The position numbers and the translations under genes are program-made. From positions 1-64,000 of the forward strand of contig JAQGDQ010000037.1 of the NCBI GenBank assembly GCA_030141605.1: 64,000 nt of DNA. Reading direction: 5' to 3'. Position 1 is the first letter of the stretch. Each line of letters opens with the position of its first letter. The DNA comes from Tubiluchus corallicola (lineage: Eukaryota > Animalia > Priapulida). The notes beneath the pieces were generated by a model. The model ran no database searches, was not told the DNA's origin, and worked only from the letters and a program-made list of their open reading frames with translations. This document shows positions 13,654 through 30,416 of the stretch, piece by piece.

Positions 13654-14341
13654 AGCACAAGAAAATCCTTCATAAACATAAATCTTGAAAAATTCGTTTT
13701 GAAACTTTATATCACTCACATACTGCCTTTATGCATGCAGGACTTCAATCGGCAGTTACGCTGTACAAAACATGTAAATTTAAACTCCCGCGATGACCGT
13801 TAGACACTTAGGCTGCCATTTTCACGACAGGTCATTTGAAACAAGTTTAGAAAACATTTTGTAAAGTTTGAAAAAATAATCAGAGCATTCGTAGCGCACA
13901 AGTCACTAACTAAATAAAATTTAAAATTACAGTATCTTGTCAATAAGATTAAAAATGCGTTTTTCGTTAGTGAGTGCTGGCCCCTGGAGGGTGAGTCATC
14001 GACATTCTACCAATTGGTGAAAACATTTTGAATAATTAGTAATTTTCTTTTCTAGTTACATAAGTCTTTCTAGCAGATAAGCGAAAATCTAAGTAATACA
14101 GATTTGCACGAAAAGTCTTTTGAGACATAATTTAACATTGCCTTTTCTTCCCTTGATTTACGTTTGGTATATGACGTCATGTAATGGCGACTTCGGAACA
14201 GTACTGTGGGAGATTTAAAATGAAAACAAACTAAAATTGCTTTCAGTGCGAGTAAGATATACGCATAAAATTGCTGTAAAGTAATATGATTTTTAAGTCG
14301 ATTTTTCTGAAACCTACTTCAGGTACCACTTTACTTGTCCT
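13654..14341 (-). mobile_element. TTAA-target Kolobok-like MITE, copy 2 (inverted, in SULT intron 1)
   Basis: Bounded by TTAA|AGCACAAGAA...CTTGTCCT|TTAA. It is the reverse complement of 9380-10064. Confidence 0.8.
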
Positions 14342-14651
14342 TTAAAGTTTATGGTGTTAATATCTGTAACTAGTTTACGTGTTCTGTATTTACTGTTTGC
14401 GACAGATAATATCCACGTGGATAAATATTCATCACAAAAAACTGCAAGGCATCATTTTCGTGGAAATAATGCTGTAGTATAATTAGGATTATTGTAGAGA
14501 TAACTAGAGCAAAATAACAGCAAGGTGTAAGGTATACACCTAGTGTGGTATCCATAGGATGAAAAAAACAAGGTGCTGGTGTTATGATAACAAAGCAATT
14601 GCAGGTGTCTGTTGGTAAACAAGCCAGATAACAATCTTAACTTTAAGGAGG

Positions 14652-15078
14652 CAGGGTTTCCACAGAATTTTAAAATAAATTTCCCTGATTATTTTCATGA
14701 TTTTTCCTTGACCAAATATTGATTTTCCATGTCAAGATCTGCAGAAATTGCATTACATATTCATATGTTCGAGTATGGATATTCACACATATACTGATAT
14801 ATAATGTGTTGGCCAATCTTTATTCTTGGAACAGAAATCAAAACTGGGAGCTTGCCATAGCAAAATTTTATTTGAACGCGATTCGCTGAAAAATATGTTT
14901 GGAAAAATATCGGTTCACGGGGATTATTTTTGCAATCCTTTCCAATTTCCTTGACTTTTCGTTTCCTTTTTTCATCATTTTCCCCGACTTTTTATCAAAT
15001 TATCTTTTCCTCTGACTTTCCAGGATAGCCTGTATTTTCAAGGATTTTCCAGGATTTTCCTTGACCATGGGAACCCTG
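14652..15078. mobile_element. hAT-like MITE
   Basis: TIRs CAGGGTTTCCA / TGGGAACCCTG; the flanks loosely resemble a decayed 8-bp TSD (TAAGGAGG on the left, AAAAGGACG on the right). Confidence 0.6.
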
Positions 15079-16134
15079 AAAAGGACGAAGAAAGAGAGGG
15101 GGAAGGACAGAAAATGAGGAAAGCAGAAAGAATGGAGAGATGAGAAGAAAAAAAGAAAGAAAGGGAAATAAAAAACAAGTACAAGATGAGGACAGAAAAA
15201 GAGTTTCAACTTTAAAGTAAAATATTTTGTTATTTTAGGCATACATTGCTTTTTTAACATTGTAACACAAATATTATGCCGTGGAAGAAAAGAGAAAATT
15301 CTGGAGTACATGACTCATTTTCAACCGATGCAAGCTGCACTTACAACTCCAGAACAGCACATTGAAAAACTTAATCACGAACCGTTTCAAGGAAGAAGAA
15401 TCTTTTCTTCTGATTTATTGCCAAACGAGATGCCACCAGAGATATTTCAAAAGAAATGCAAGGTAAGGCAATACTAAACACTTAAACATTGTTTTAAAAA
15501 AGGCAACGAAAATAAGGTTACTGACTACACGCTACAGCCACAACATATGACTTGAAAATTGGGCCTTAAACTTTGGCAACATTTGCTAAAAAACCAATAT
15601 TAATTTAGGTAGTTTTTCACTATGGTTGTGTTGAAATATGTGCTAATTTGGTTTGCAATAAATAGAAAAATATAGTGATATTTCTTAAAGAATATTTTTA
15701 TTTATAAAAAATTGCTATTCTAGTTTATTTGAAGAATATGCATTAAGTTTATTTCAAACCATGTAAATCTCGTTAAAATATGTCACCAGCAAAAATATTC
15801 AAGATGAGTGTGGGTCTATGTGAAGGGTCCCCATGATTCAATTCAGTAAACGTTAAACGCAGCTAAAGAAGTTGAGCTGTTTAGAAAGACTTCTAATAAC
15901 TTTGTAAAGCAGTTAAAAACAAAAATAATGTTTGCCAGCATTTTTGCAGGTTTTCTGCATTCTAAGAAATCCCAAAGACGTTGCTGTTTCTTACTACCAT
16001 TTCCATAGAATGACGAAACATTTTGGTCAAGTAAAGGACCTCGAGTTCAGTGAATTTCTTCGGTACTATATTGATGGAAATGGTAAGAGATTTAGATGAT
16101 AGAAGCTTTGCTATGGAGCCGTAGTAACCATAGC

Positions 16135-17925
16135 TGTAGTACTATGATTTCATGAGATCTGTATGTATAGCAGTGGGTTGATTGTATCTCAGCTGCTTAA
16201 ACATGATGTAGAATGGAAATGGTCTGATGAGTGTGCTGAAGCATTCAGAAAATCAAAAGAGTTATTATTAGCCAGTAATCAATTACTCGTACATTATGAT
16301 CCTTCCAAGCCTATTACACTTGCTTGCGATGCATCCCCATTTGGGTTGGGTTTTGTTTCGTCTATAAAACTTCCTAATGGCACTGAAAAACTGGTAAGCT
16401 TACACCAGTAGGACCCTCTCCGCAGCTGAGAAAAATTATGCTCATTGCGAAAAGGAGGTTCTATCCATTGAGTACGGTGTTAAACACTTTCATAGACCTA
16501 TACGGAAAGAAATTCGAGCTAATAACAGACCACAAAACACCCTTGAAAATCTTTAGACCAAAAACAGGCGTACCCACCCTAGCAGCTTATGAATACACTA
16601 TTGTGTACAGAAGGGGTCCAGATCACTGTAACTGTGGCACCTTGTCTAGATTTCCTAATCCATCTGCACCACCAGAAGTAGCTGAGTTACCAATAAACTA
16701 TTTTACTTATGTTAATGAACTTCCTGTCACAGCCAAAGAGATTGAATCTGAAACAAGGAAAGACCCTATTTTTTCTAAAGTGTGGCACTACGTAATGAAT
16801 GGTTGGCCAACAAGCATTGATGATACGGACTTACTTTCGTAGGACAGATGAACTATCTGCAGATTAAGGTTGTACACTGTGGGGTGCACGTGTGGTAATA
16901 CCGTCAATGTTCCACGAACGAATCTCAAAGAACATTTTGGCATTCTTAGCACAAAAGAATTTGGCAAGAAATTGTCTCTGGCACCCTTCATTTGACTACG
17001 ATATCGAGATGACGATTAGTAATTGCAATGTTTGTCAAACAATGAGGAATGATCCAGTCCCATCACCTTTGTTCCCATGGAGGCAAGCTCAATGGGATTG
17101 CATTCACATTGATTTCGTGACAAGGACTACCTAATGTTGAGTGATTCCTACTCTAAGTGGTTAGAGATCTTTACGACGAACTTTATGACTTCTCAGAGGA
17201 CAATTGCAGTTTTACGCAGTGTTTTTGCACACCAAGGAACCCATTTCCACTTACTTTCGAGCTGCTGGCTCTTCTCTTGAAACTTCACCCACTCCTGTCA
17301 TTCCACCCACAACTCATCCTTCAGCATATGTGCAGGAGACCAATGCTTGGAGAGAAACTGGTATGTCCTAGTCATAACGCTAGATCTTGTAACCCTGCTA
17401 TTTCACTAAATGCCGGAAATTCAGTTTCAAATAATTCTTTTGATTCTGGCAATGCTCTCAGAAGAAATCCTGTAAGAATGAGAAATGCACCTAAACGCCT
17501 TATTACTGAAATGTAGTGCATTTATTGATGTGAAATTTGATGTTTCTCTTATAGGTTTAGAATTTGTCTATGTGCTAGATTGTGCACAAATTGTGCTAAC
17601 CAAGTTTGAACAGTTTGTTAATTATGAACATTTATTGGTTGATATGGATAATTTTTTATGGCTTGAAGTTAGCCATGAACCCAAAGCTGTGTTCACACTT
17701 TGGATTTTTGTAGTTGCAGTACGAAAATACTCAGTTGAATATCACAAGTTTATAGTTCTTAAATAAGTGGGATAGCATGTACAGTATAGAACTATGATTT
17801 GAACTTCATTAGATCTGCGCGTATAGCAGTGCGCTGATTATTCTCTATTTCAATAAACAGCTTTCTGGAATTACCACCAAATGTCTACTTTGTCTTTAAA
17901 TGATCTATCAGAAGGCATGACAATA
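16135..17925 (+). mobile_element. Decayed Ty3/Gypsy LTR retrotransposon (RNase H and integrase remnants) in SULT intron 3
   Basis: Frameshifted pol motifs LVHYDPSKPITLACDASPFGLG, FELITDHKTP, VWHYVMNGWP and CNVCQ...WDCIHIDF. LTR-like similarity between 16135-16190 and ~17780-17845 (ACTATGATTT...AGATCTG...TATAGCAGTG). Confidence 0.85.
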
Positions 17926-19386
17926 GCCTATAAAATAAATTCGTAAACTTCCTTATGCTCTTTTTTTAATAAATGAATAACTTCTATAACATCTTCTGAA
18001 TGTTCAATTTGGTTTCTAAAAAGACACGTGAGGCAATGGATCCTGTGTATAACATTAGGATATTGAGCTATACAATTTATGCACTACAGCTCAATTAGGT
18101 CACTTTCTATGACGTAATTCAAACATGTGTCTTTTTAGAGACCAAATTGAAAATATGATATTGATGTACAGTAATTACGCTACGAAATGTTCAAGCTACT
18201 TGTATTGTACGTGAACTTTTTTATGTACGAAGTGCTCTACAGATTTGCAAAAACACTTCCGCGCGAGAACCTCAATTAGAGTGCAAAACCCCCACTTACA
18301 AATTTCTAAATTACCAGCTTAAATTTTGTAGTTTATACCGGTTCAGGTTTGAAAGTGCAACAAAATGGTGGAAGCAGAATAGCAATCCTAACATCATCTT
18401 CATCAAGTTTGAAGATTTTCTAAAGGTAAAATACGTAAAATTTTAACTTATAACTTAGCAGTAAAGTTACCTGTTTGAAAATTTATGTAACTAGAAAAGA
18501 AAATTCTTAGTAATTAAAAATATTTGTGACACCTGGTAAACGTCACATACTTGTTTTCCCAGAATGCATTGGTCACTCACCAAAGAACCATAGATATACA
18601 TAAGCGCGTGCTCCTAGAAAGATTGCTAGCTTACCTGAGGGGTCCAAGGACGCCATGCTGCTGGCAACTTGCTAACATGCATTTCCAAAGGCTTTTAGAG
18701 TATATCTATATTTTAGTTCGCTCAAGTATTAGACTAGCTTTATGCTGGTAGATAATTGATTAGGTACAAACTAGCAAGTTTAAATTGATGCTACTAATGT
18801 AACTATCTTGTTAAAATAAATTAACCTAAATCTAATTTAAAAATGGCTTGCAATGCTCTGCTTATCAAATTTACATATTTTGGGTGAATCTAACAACTTG
18901 CATATTTACTTAAAAACTTGTTTTCCAGGTACAGAATATTAACAGTGCGTAATTTTTCACAACTTGAAAAAACAGTCTACAGCTAAGCGACTTGACCTAA
19001 TAAGAGAAGCCTAATTTAAAAGAAAACTAGTTAACTAGCAGCCAAGTTCCTAGTGAAATAAAATAGATCTAATATTTTTATCCTGTGTCCCAAACACCTT
19101 TGTTTTTCAGCAACGTTTTCTGTAGGTTTTAAGTGAGACACTGGGAAAGGGCTGTACTCTGTAAATGAAAAGTACATTGTTGCAAAGAAAAGTTTTTTAA
19201 AGGGTTCAAAAAGTTTTTCTTGGTGTCATTTGTGAAACATTTAGGGGTTTATCTGGAAACCCTACGTTGAAAAACCTTTTCTAAGGGGTTTACTTCAACA
19301 AAAACCTTTTAAAGAAAACCCCTCATTAAATGTTTTTCACAAAGAAATTTGTTCAGAAGATTTTTCTGTAGTGATTGAATAATAAG

Positions 19387-19777
19387 TAAGGGTGAGCATT
19401 CTCTTCCAGAAAGCGAATTCGAATCGAATCGAATTTGTGACTTTCGAATTCGAATCGAACCGAACTTCAATGTTTCGAATTCGAATCGAATTCGAATTGA
19501 GATTGAAAGATTTTCGAACAAGTTTTCGAACCATCAGTAAAAATTACTCTTACAAAGATCAAACATATCACTCAATTTTGTTCTGCAATAAAACGACTAG
19601 TAATTTGTTTAAAATTGTGTGCAGAAATCACAGCTAAATTATGCTAATTGCATGATGTTTCAATCGTTTTAATGATCAGGAACATATGTGATTGAAGTGC
19701 TGAATTATTCGAATCTATAGTTTTGGAACTGAAAAAACTCGTTCGAATCGAACTCGAACGTTCAATGCTCACCCCGA
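19387..19777 (+). mobile_element. hAT-like MITE rich in TTCGAA palindromes, copy 1
   Basis: TIR GGGTGAGCAT...ATGCTCACCC; reverse-complement match to 50297-50722. Confidence 0.8.
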
Positions 19778-20218
19778 ATTTAATAAGTAAAACCATAACA
19801 ACAATTATTTGCATTTAATTACGAATATACACAATATAACGTATCAATAAAAACCAATAAATTTATTTAAATGTTATGGTCTGAGTTCTGACAGTATAGG
19901 TGTTGCGCTTGACTAAGCTGTACTAGAGTCATAGATATAATATAGCTTGATTAGTGAACTAGTTGGGCAAATTAGGAGGACGGAGCAGAAGAGAGCAAAA
20001 AAGAGAGAGAGTGTAGTAGACTCTCAGTACTTCTGTACTTCAGACACTGTAGACTTGCTTTTCTATACGTGGAAAACGGTGGGAGTCTTGGAAGGAGATA
20101 TATAGCTCTTCAGAAAGAGGAAGAACACGGCTACACGATGATGCGGGCTATATTTTAGGACATAATTCCTTTTTTATTAATTCTACTGGTGTATATATAT
20201 ATATTTATATATATATAT

Positions 20219-20705
20219 ATAAGATTCGAGGCTACAGCTCGGACGACGGCACCATTTGCGGGGATCTATACATCAAACGAAAGGTCTCGATCTAGTGTCG
20301 TGCCATTGGGGGTTTATTTTTTGATTCGGGCCCACCGCGAGGAGCGGGGGTGGGGTGAAAAACCTCCAAAAATGGTCATTTTTCGGCCGTTTTTTTTGCA
20401 AAACTTATACAGCTGAGATCTGGAGAACGGGAACGGGCCATGGGTGGTGCTGACCATGGATAGCTAGCCCGTTCAGCGGTGGGTGTAGTAGGCATATTTA
20501 GAATTCGCGAGAAGGCAACGGTGTCTCGGCGTTTTCCCGGACGCAACTCGCGACTTCTTCGAAATTTTGACCAAACAGCCTGCAGAAAGAACGTTCTAGT
20601 GGCGCCTGGTGGGACTCTCGGAAGGAGATATATGGCTCTTTAGAAAGAGGAAGAACAGGGCTACACGATGATGTGGGCTATGTTTTAGGACATAATTCCT
20701 TTTTT
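20219..20705 (+). mobile_element. Interspersed repeat that starts in a (TA)n tract (possibly Helitron/Helentron-derived), copy 1
   Basis: Begins ATAAGATTCGAGGCTACAGC...CTATACATCAAACGAAAG, as do copies at 32407 and 33248. Its 3' ~95 bp (20610-20705) is also present just upstream at ~20078-20175. Confidence 0.7.
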
Positions 20706-21229
20706 AAGGTTTGTGGGGCCATCAGTGTTGCAAAAATAGCAACGATTGAATGCAGTGAATGCATAATCAATTTTATACCTCTACTGTATGAGTTTGTATT
20801 TTTAGTGGATAGATGGCGCTAGCAGGGGGAGAGCGGAAAACCATAACCAACAGATAGCCGAATACACATGTGAATAAATGTTTTAAAAATACAATTAATG
20901 ACTACTGTATTTACAAAATCCATTGCATTGTCATATTTGTATTTTACGTTTAAATAATCTACTGTCATATCTTTTTATGCAACCAGTACAAATGTTCGTC
21001 ACTGAATTACCAGTGTAACTACTGTATTAAAGTGGAACTCGTTAACCAATCAGGGAGCACGTTTTATAAAAAGAAAACAAAAAACACAAACATTGAACCG
21101 AGATTAATACGGAATCCCTCTTTATTCTTCTTTAAACTTACAATTCAATCACGTACGTAATTTTATTATTTCGTTTTTGATAAAATGTAGGCCAATAAAC
21201 TAAAATATAAGGTAGTAGGCCTGCATCTG

Positions 21230-21560
21230 TTAAAATAGATGGCGCCACGCTACAATTTTTGGCCGGCAAGCCATGTTTTCTCATTAAAACACTTATGCAA
21301 GCACATTAATTACATTTCATCAAAACATGATAATTATGAGATCATGAGATAACAGCACTTAGTTTAATTAACCTGAAGATAGATGGCGCCACGCTACAAT
21401 TTTTGGCCTGCAAGCCACGTTTTCTCATTAAAACACTTATACAGGCACTTTAATTACATTTCATCAAAACATCATAATTATGAGATTATGAGATAACAAG
21501 AATTTGTTATAACCAACCTATAAATAGATGGCGCCACGCTACAATTTTTGGCCTGCATAT
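21230..21560. repeat. ~145-bp tandem repeat, ~2.3 copies, containing ATAGATGGCGCCACGCTACAATTTTTGGCC
   Basis: The motif recurs at ~21235, ~21379 and ~21524. Confidence 0.85.
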
Positions 21561-21569
21561 TAGCATTAA

Positions 21570-22591
21570 AGCACAAGGAAACGTTCTTATAATTGAAGCT
21601 TAAAAATTTGTCTTGAAGTTTTATATCACTTACATGCTGTTCTATTGCATACAGGGCTTGCGTCAGCAGTAATGCTGTACAAAACTAGTAAATTTAAACT
21701 CCCACCCAGCCCCATTCGGGCATTTCATTTGGCGAAATTTCGAGATTTCCTTTAATGAATAACAGTTTGTTTTTTACTGATTGGGCCGGTGCTTGCCCGA
21801 AAAAATGTATTTGCTGGAATTTGGGGAGCGGTGGGGGAGGCCTATGCTATGCAGCCATTTTAACGGTAAGTCGTTTGAAACAAGACTAGATAACAGTGAA
21901 TAAAATCAATAGTGGGTTTTTGGTGAATTAGTAGCACACACTGCGTTTCTCCTTAAAATTCCATTTTCCCATTTAATTAAAGGACAACAAAATGGCCAAC
22001 CAAACTAAACCTCAGAAAATTCGCAATAAAAAATTCTATCACCTAAGTATAATCTTAAAGTACTCACGTTTTCGCATTTACTCCAATTTTTGCAAAATAT
22101 TTCGACCGCTGCAGTAAACGTTGGCGCAGACATGTTTCATTTAGTCCGCCAATTGAAAAGCCAGCATGTGACTGATCACGTGGCAGGACGTCACTCGACA
22201 CAGTCGCAGTGAGTTCTGAGCACGTGTACTATAAACATTTTCTCCAATTTTTGTAAAATATTTCAACTGTTGCAGTTTACGTTGGCGCAGACATGTTTCA
22301 TTTAATCCGCCAATTGAAAAGCCAGCACGTGACTGATCACGTGGCATGACGTCACTCGAACACAGTCGCAGTGAGTTCTGAGCACGTGTACTATAAAGAT
22401 TTGTGTTGTGGTTCTGTGACGCCATCTAATATGGCGCCGCCGTGACAGTCTCGCGGGAGGATTTAAAATGAAAACAAACAGGAAATTTTTTTAGCGTGCG
22501 TATGATAAACGCTTTAGATTGCCTCTAAGTGTTATAATTCTTTAGTGAAAATTTTCTGAAACTTTCTTTAACTAGAACTTTTTCTTGTCTT
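21570..22591 (-). mobile_element. Diverged, longer relative of the TTAA Kolobok-like MITE
   Basis: Bounded by TTAA|AGCACAAG...CTTGTCTT|TTAA. It shares GTAAATTTAAACTCCC, TTTGAAACAAG and GATTTAAAATGAAAACAAAC with 13654-14341 and has an internal ~160-bp duplication (~22080-22395). Confidence 0.65.
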
Positions 22592-22660
22592 TTAATAAAA
22601 GCAAAACAACAAACAGTTGCGCCATGCTGTTTTTGCACTTCAATATTTTGCTACAAATAA

Positions 22661-25286
22661 AGTAATTTTTAAAGACAAATAATTAGTCACTTGTTTACAG
22701 GCACGTGCACCAGTCAATACAGTAATTTTAAAAGTCAGATAATTTGGTAACTTGTTTACAGGCACATGTACCAGTCAATACAGTAATTTTTAAAAGACAA
22801 ATGACAAATAACTTGGTAACTTGTTTACAGGCACGTGTACCAGTCAATACAGTAATTTTTAAAAGACAAATAACTTGGTAATTTGTTTACAGGCACGTGT
22901 ACCAGTCAATACAGTAATTTTTAAAAGACAAATAACTTGGTAACTTGTTTACAGGCACGTGTACCAGTCAATACAGTAATTTTTAAAAGACAAATAACTT
23001 GGTAATTTGTTTACAGGCACATGTACCAGTCAATACAGTAATTTTAAAAGACAAATAACTTGGTAATTTGTTTACAGGCACATGTACCAGTCAATACAGT
23101 AATTTTTAAAAGACAAATAACTTGGTAACTTGTTTACAGGCACATGTACCAGTCAATACAGTAATTTTAAAAGACAAATAACTTGGTAATTTGTTTACAG
23201 GCACATGTACCAGTCAATACAGTAATTTTTAAAAGACAAATAACTTGGTAATTTGTTTACAGGCACATGTACCAGTCAATACAGTAATTTTAAAAGACAA
23301 ATAACTTGGTAATTTGTTTACAGGCACATGTACCAGTCAATACAGTAATTTTAAAAGACAAATAACTTGGTAATTTGTTTACAGGCACGTGTACCAGTCA
23401 ATACAGTAATTTTTAAAAGACAAATAACTTGGTAACTTGTTTACAAACACGTGTACCAGTCAATACAGTAATTTTTAAAAGACAAACAACTTGGTAACTT
23501 GTTTACAGGCACGTGTACCAGTCAATACAGTAATTTTTAAAAGACAAATAACTTGGTAACTTGTTTACAGGCACGTGTACCAGTCAATACAGTAATTTTT
23601 AAAAGACAAATAACTTGGTAACTTGTTTACAGGCACGTGTACCAGTCAATACAGTAATTTTTAAAAGACAAATAACTTGGTAATTTGTTTACAGGCACAT
23701 GTACCAGTCAATACAGTAATTTTTAAAAGACAAATAACTTGGTAACTTGTTTACAAACACGTGTACCAGTCAATACAGTAATTTTTAAAAGACAAACAAC
23801 TTGGTAACTTGTTTACAGGCACGTGTACCAGTCAATACAGTAATTTTTAAAAGACAAATAACTTGGTAACTTGTTTACAGGCACGTGTACCAGTCAATAC
23901 AGTAATTTTTAAAAGACAAATAATTGGTAACTTGTTTACAGGCACGTGTAGCAGTCAATACAGTAATTTTCAAAGAGAAATAACTTGGTAACTTGTTTAC
24001 AGGCACGTGTAGCAGTCAATACAGTAATTTTCAAAGAGAAATAACTTGGTAACTTGTTTACAGGCACGTGTACCAGTCAATACAGTAATTTTTAAAAGAC
24101 AAATAACTTGGTAACTTGTTTACAGGCACGTGTACCAGTCAATACAGTAATTTTTAAAAGACAAATAACTTGGTAACTTGTTTACAGGCACGTGTACCAG
24201 TCAATACAGTAATTTTAAAAGACAAATAACTTGGTAACTTGTTTACAGGCACGTGTACCAGTCAATACAGTAATTTTTAAAAGACAAATAACTTGGTAAC
24301 TTGTTTACAGGCACGTGTACCAGTCAATACAGTAATTTTAGAAGAGAAATAACTTGGTAACTTGTTTACAGGCACGTGTACCAGACAATACAGTAATTTT
24401 TAAAAGAGAAATAACTTGGTAACTTGTTTACAGGCACGTGTACCAGACAATACAGTAATTTTTAAAAGACAAATAACTTGGTAACTTGTTTACAGGCACG
24501 TGTACCAGTCAATACAGTAATTTTAGAAGAGAAATAACTTGGTAACTTGTTTACAGGCACGTGTACCAGTCAATACAGTAATTTTTAAAAGACAAATAAC
24601 TTGGTAACTTGTTTACAGGCACGTGTACCAGTCAATACAGTAATTTTAAAAGAGAAATAACTTGGTAACTTGTTTACAGGCACGTGTACCAGTCAATACA
24701 GTAATTTTAAAAGAGAAATAACTTGGTAACTTGTTTACAGGCACGTGTACCAGTCAATACAGTAATTTTTAAAAGAGAAACAACTTGGTAACTTGTTTAC
24801 AGGCACGTGTACCAGTCAATACAGTAATTTTAGAAGAGAAACAACTTGGTAACTTGTTTACAGGCACGTGTACCAGTCAATACAGTAATTTTAGAAGAGA
24901 AATAACTTGGTAACTTGTTTACAGGCACGTGTACCAGTCAATACAGTAATTTTTAAAAGAGAAATAACTTGGTAACTTGTTTACAGGCACGTGTACCAGT
25001 CAATACAGTAATTTTAGAAGAGAAATAACTTAGTAACTTGTTTACAGGCACGTGTAGCAGTCAATACAGTAATTTTTAAAAGACAAATAACTTGGTAACT
25101 TGTTTACAGGCACGTGTACCAGTCAATACAGTAATTTTCAAAGAGAAATAATTTGGTAACTTGTTTACAGGCACGTGTACCAGTCAATACAGTAATTTTA
25201 GAAGAGAAATAATTTGGTAACTTGTTTACAGGCACGTGTACCAGTCAATACAGTAATTTTAGAAGAGAAATAACTTGGTAACTTGT

Positions 25287-25308
<22 letters not shown>
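22661..25308. repeat. Tandem array of 60-62-bp units (~43 copies by length)
   Basis: Unit AAAAGACAAATAACTTGGTAACTTGTTTACAGGCACGTGTACCAGTCAATACAGTAATTTTT; period 62 bp between 22861 and 22923; no unique spacers. Confidence 0.97.
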
Positions 25309-30328
<5,020 letters not shown>

Positions 30329-30383
30329 TTTAATCTAAAAATGAATAAGTTAAAGTATTTTAATAAATTTGATTTTCTATGTC

Positions 30384-30399
<16 letters not shown>

Positions 30400-30416
<17 letters not shown>

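Larger units (their letters stand above)
12956..18425 (+). pseudogene. Cytosolic sulfotransferase (SULT)-like gene, degenerate; exons 12956-13121, 15239-15462, 15950-16082, 18332-18425
   Basis: GT-AG exons translate to KPDDIYICGYLQAG|IHCFFNIVTQIL...RRIFSSDLLPNEMPPEIFQKKCK|VFCILRNPKDVAVSYYHFHRM...EFLRYYIDGN|VYTGS[-1]FESATKWWKQNSNPNIIFIKFEDFLK. RNPKDVAVSYYHF is the SULT 3'-phosphate-binding motif. Exon 4 is 94 nt where 95 is needed, and no later exons were found. Confidence 0.85.

Noticed and set aside
9380-14341. Single 5-kb transposon with 600-bp TIRs
   Set aside because: Each arm has its own TIR pair and TTAA flanks, there is no transposase inside, and the interval contains a host exon whose partner exons lie outside.
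18551-18751. Candidate SULT exon 5
   Set aside because: An acceptor is present but the translation does not convincingly match SULT, and the adjacent sequence resembles the TTAA MITE interior.
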